64,000 nt of DNA from Octopus sinensis. Lineage: Eukaryota. Under the pieces are notes generated by a model. The model was not told the DNA's origin and ran no database searches. It saw only the letters and a list, made by a program, of their open reading frames with translations. The stretch spans positions 99,634,001 through 99,698,000 of the forward strand of contig NC_043005.1 in NCBI RefSeq assembly GCF_006345805.1. Reading direction: 5' to 3'. Both the position numbers and the translations under genes were made by a program. Of this stretch, positions 62,971 to 64,000 are shown in pieces (position 1 is the stretch's first letter; every line of letters starts with the position of its first letter).

Positions 62971-63109
62971 ATAGCCCCACTGCACACAGATTAACAGCCA
63001 CAACCACACACACACACGTGCTATCATTACACACACACACACGTGCTATCATTACACACACACACACATATACACACATACACCACACACACACACTCGG
63101 ACTTGCGCG

Positions 63110-63420
63110 CACGCACATACCCACACATACCTCCTTCTCTTGCACTCTCCTGTCTTTGAAAGAACTTTTTCTTCACCCATTCCCTTCTGGTCATTCAATA
63201 TGTGACCGCGTGTGTATTGTTGGCGATTTTTTTTTCCTCCATCTTCCTTTCCTTGGGTCTTTCCTTTTCCTATGTTTCTGATGAAGAGCTCCATTCGGAA
63301 CATTAAATCCTCCTTCTTTCTTTCCTTTCCTTTCCTGAGCATCCAATAACACTATATTTGTTCCATGTCTTCACATTGTTGTGTTTTCTCTTTGTGTTTT
63401 CATGTTTGGATTAACTATTT
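63110..63420 (+). mobile_element. PLE-like pyrimidine-rich tail with a dead minimal hammerhead at 63274-63308
   Basis: GTTT-CTGATGA-A-GAG..TTC-GGAA-CA-T-T-AAAT; same architecture as 51221-51258 but GAAA is mutated. Confidence 0.6.
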
Positions 63421-64000
63421 ATATGTATGTATATCTGTATATATGCATGTATGTACATATATATATATATATGTATATATATGTGTGTGAGTGTGTATAT
63501 ATAAATATATATATATATATATCATCACCATCATCATCCTTTAACACCTGTTATATGAATACATATACACACACATAAATAAAGATATATATATATATAT
63601 ACACATACATACATATATATACACACACACACACACATATATGCACACACACATACCACGACTTAATTATATTTTTCCATATATATTTCCTTTCTTATAA
63701 AGTGATGAATATACTAAGACACCTTTTGATAATAGTATAGGTTAACAAGTTTAAAAGCACAACTATAACAACTAGCATGGCCTTAAACTGCAGCAGAAGC
63801 ATAAAGAAGAAGGAGAGAGAGAGAGAGAGAGAGAGCCACAGGTGTGAATGGCACAAAAGTATCTTGTTGTACTTTCTATGGTACTGTACCCAAGCTGTTA
63901 AAGTCTGAAATGCAATTAGATGTGTCTTTTATGCCAATTTCTCATGTCTAACATTTATTTCATGTGTATTTCCTTCACTCCAAATTTGATTTCTATTTTT

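Overview
AT-rich eukaryotic genomic DNA saturated with microsatellites. The SINE and LINE families and the repeat landscape point to an octopus (coleoid cephalopod); this is recognition, not a database result. Most of the window is intronic or intergenic repeat debris: several tRNA-headed SINE families, many 5'-truncated RTE LINE 3' ends, one nearly intact RTE reverse-transcriptase 3' segment, RTE-X, CR1/L2 and R4-like remnants, Tc1/mariner (maT-like) remnants, MITEs, Helitron-like elements and Penelope-like element (PLE) tails. Nearly all ORFs in the supplied track are microsatellite or antisense noise. No complete protein-coding gene can be assembled. One plausible terminal exon (7557-7687) and a few weak exon candidates are visible. 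The most interesting signal is RNA-structural. Eight type I hammerhead ribozyme motifs from several PLE-like families occur here, mostly with palindromic helix III (the dimer-cleaving type). One is fully intact inside an ORF-less, terminally redundant 343-bp unit (16938-17401, retrozyme-like), and two sit back to back in a loopless 228-bp palindrome (24016-24243). Other notable structures are a LINE with twin-priming geometry, a serial spacer-SINE array, SINE chimeras under single TSDs, a minisatellite built from SINE promoter heads, and many long foldbacks. Repeat boundaries are approximate (about 10-30 bp) unless exact motifs are quoted.
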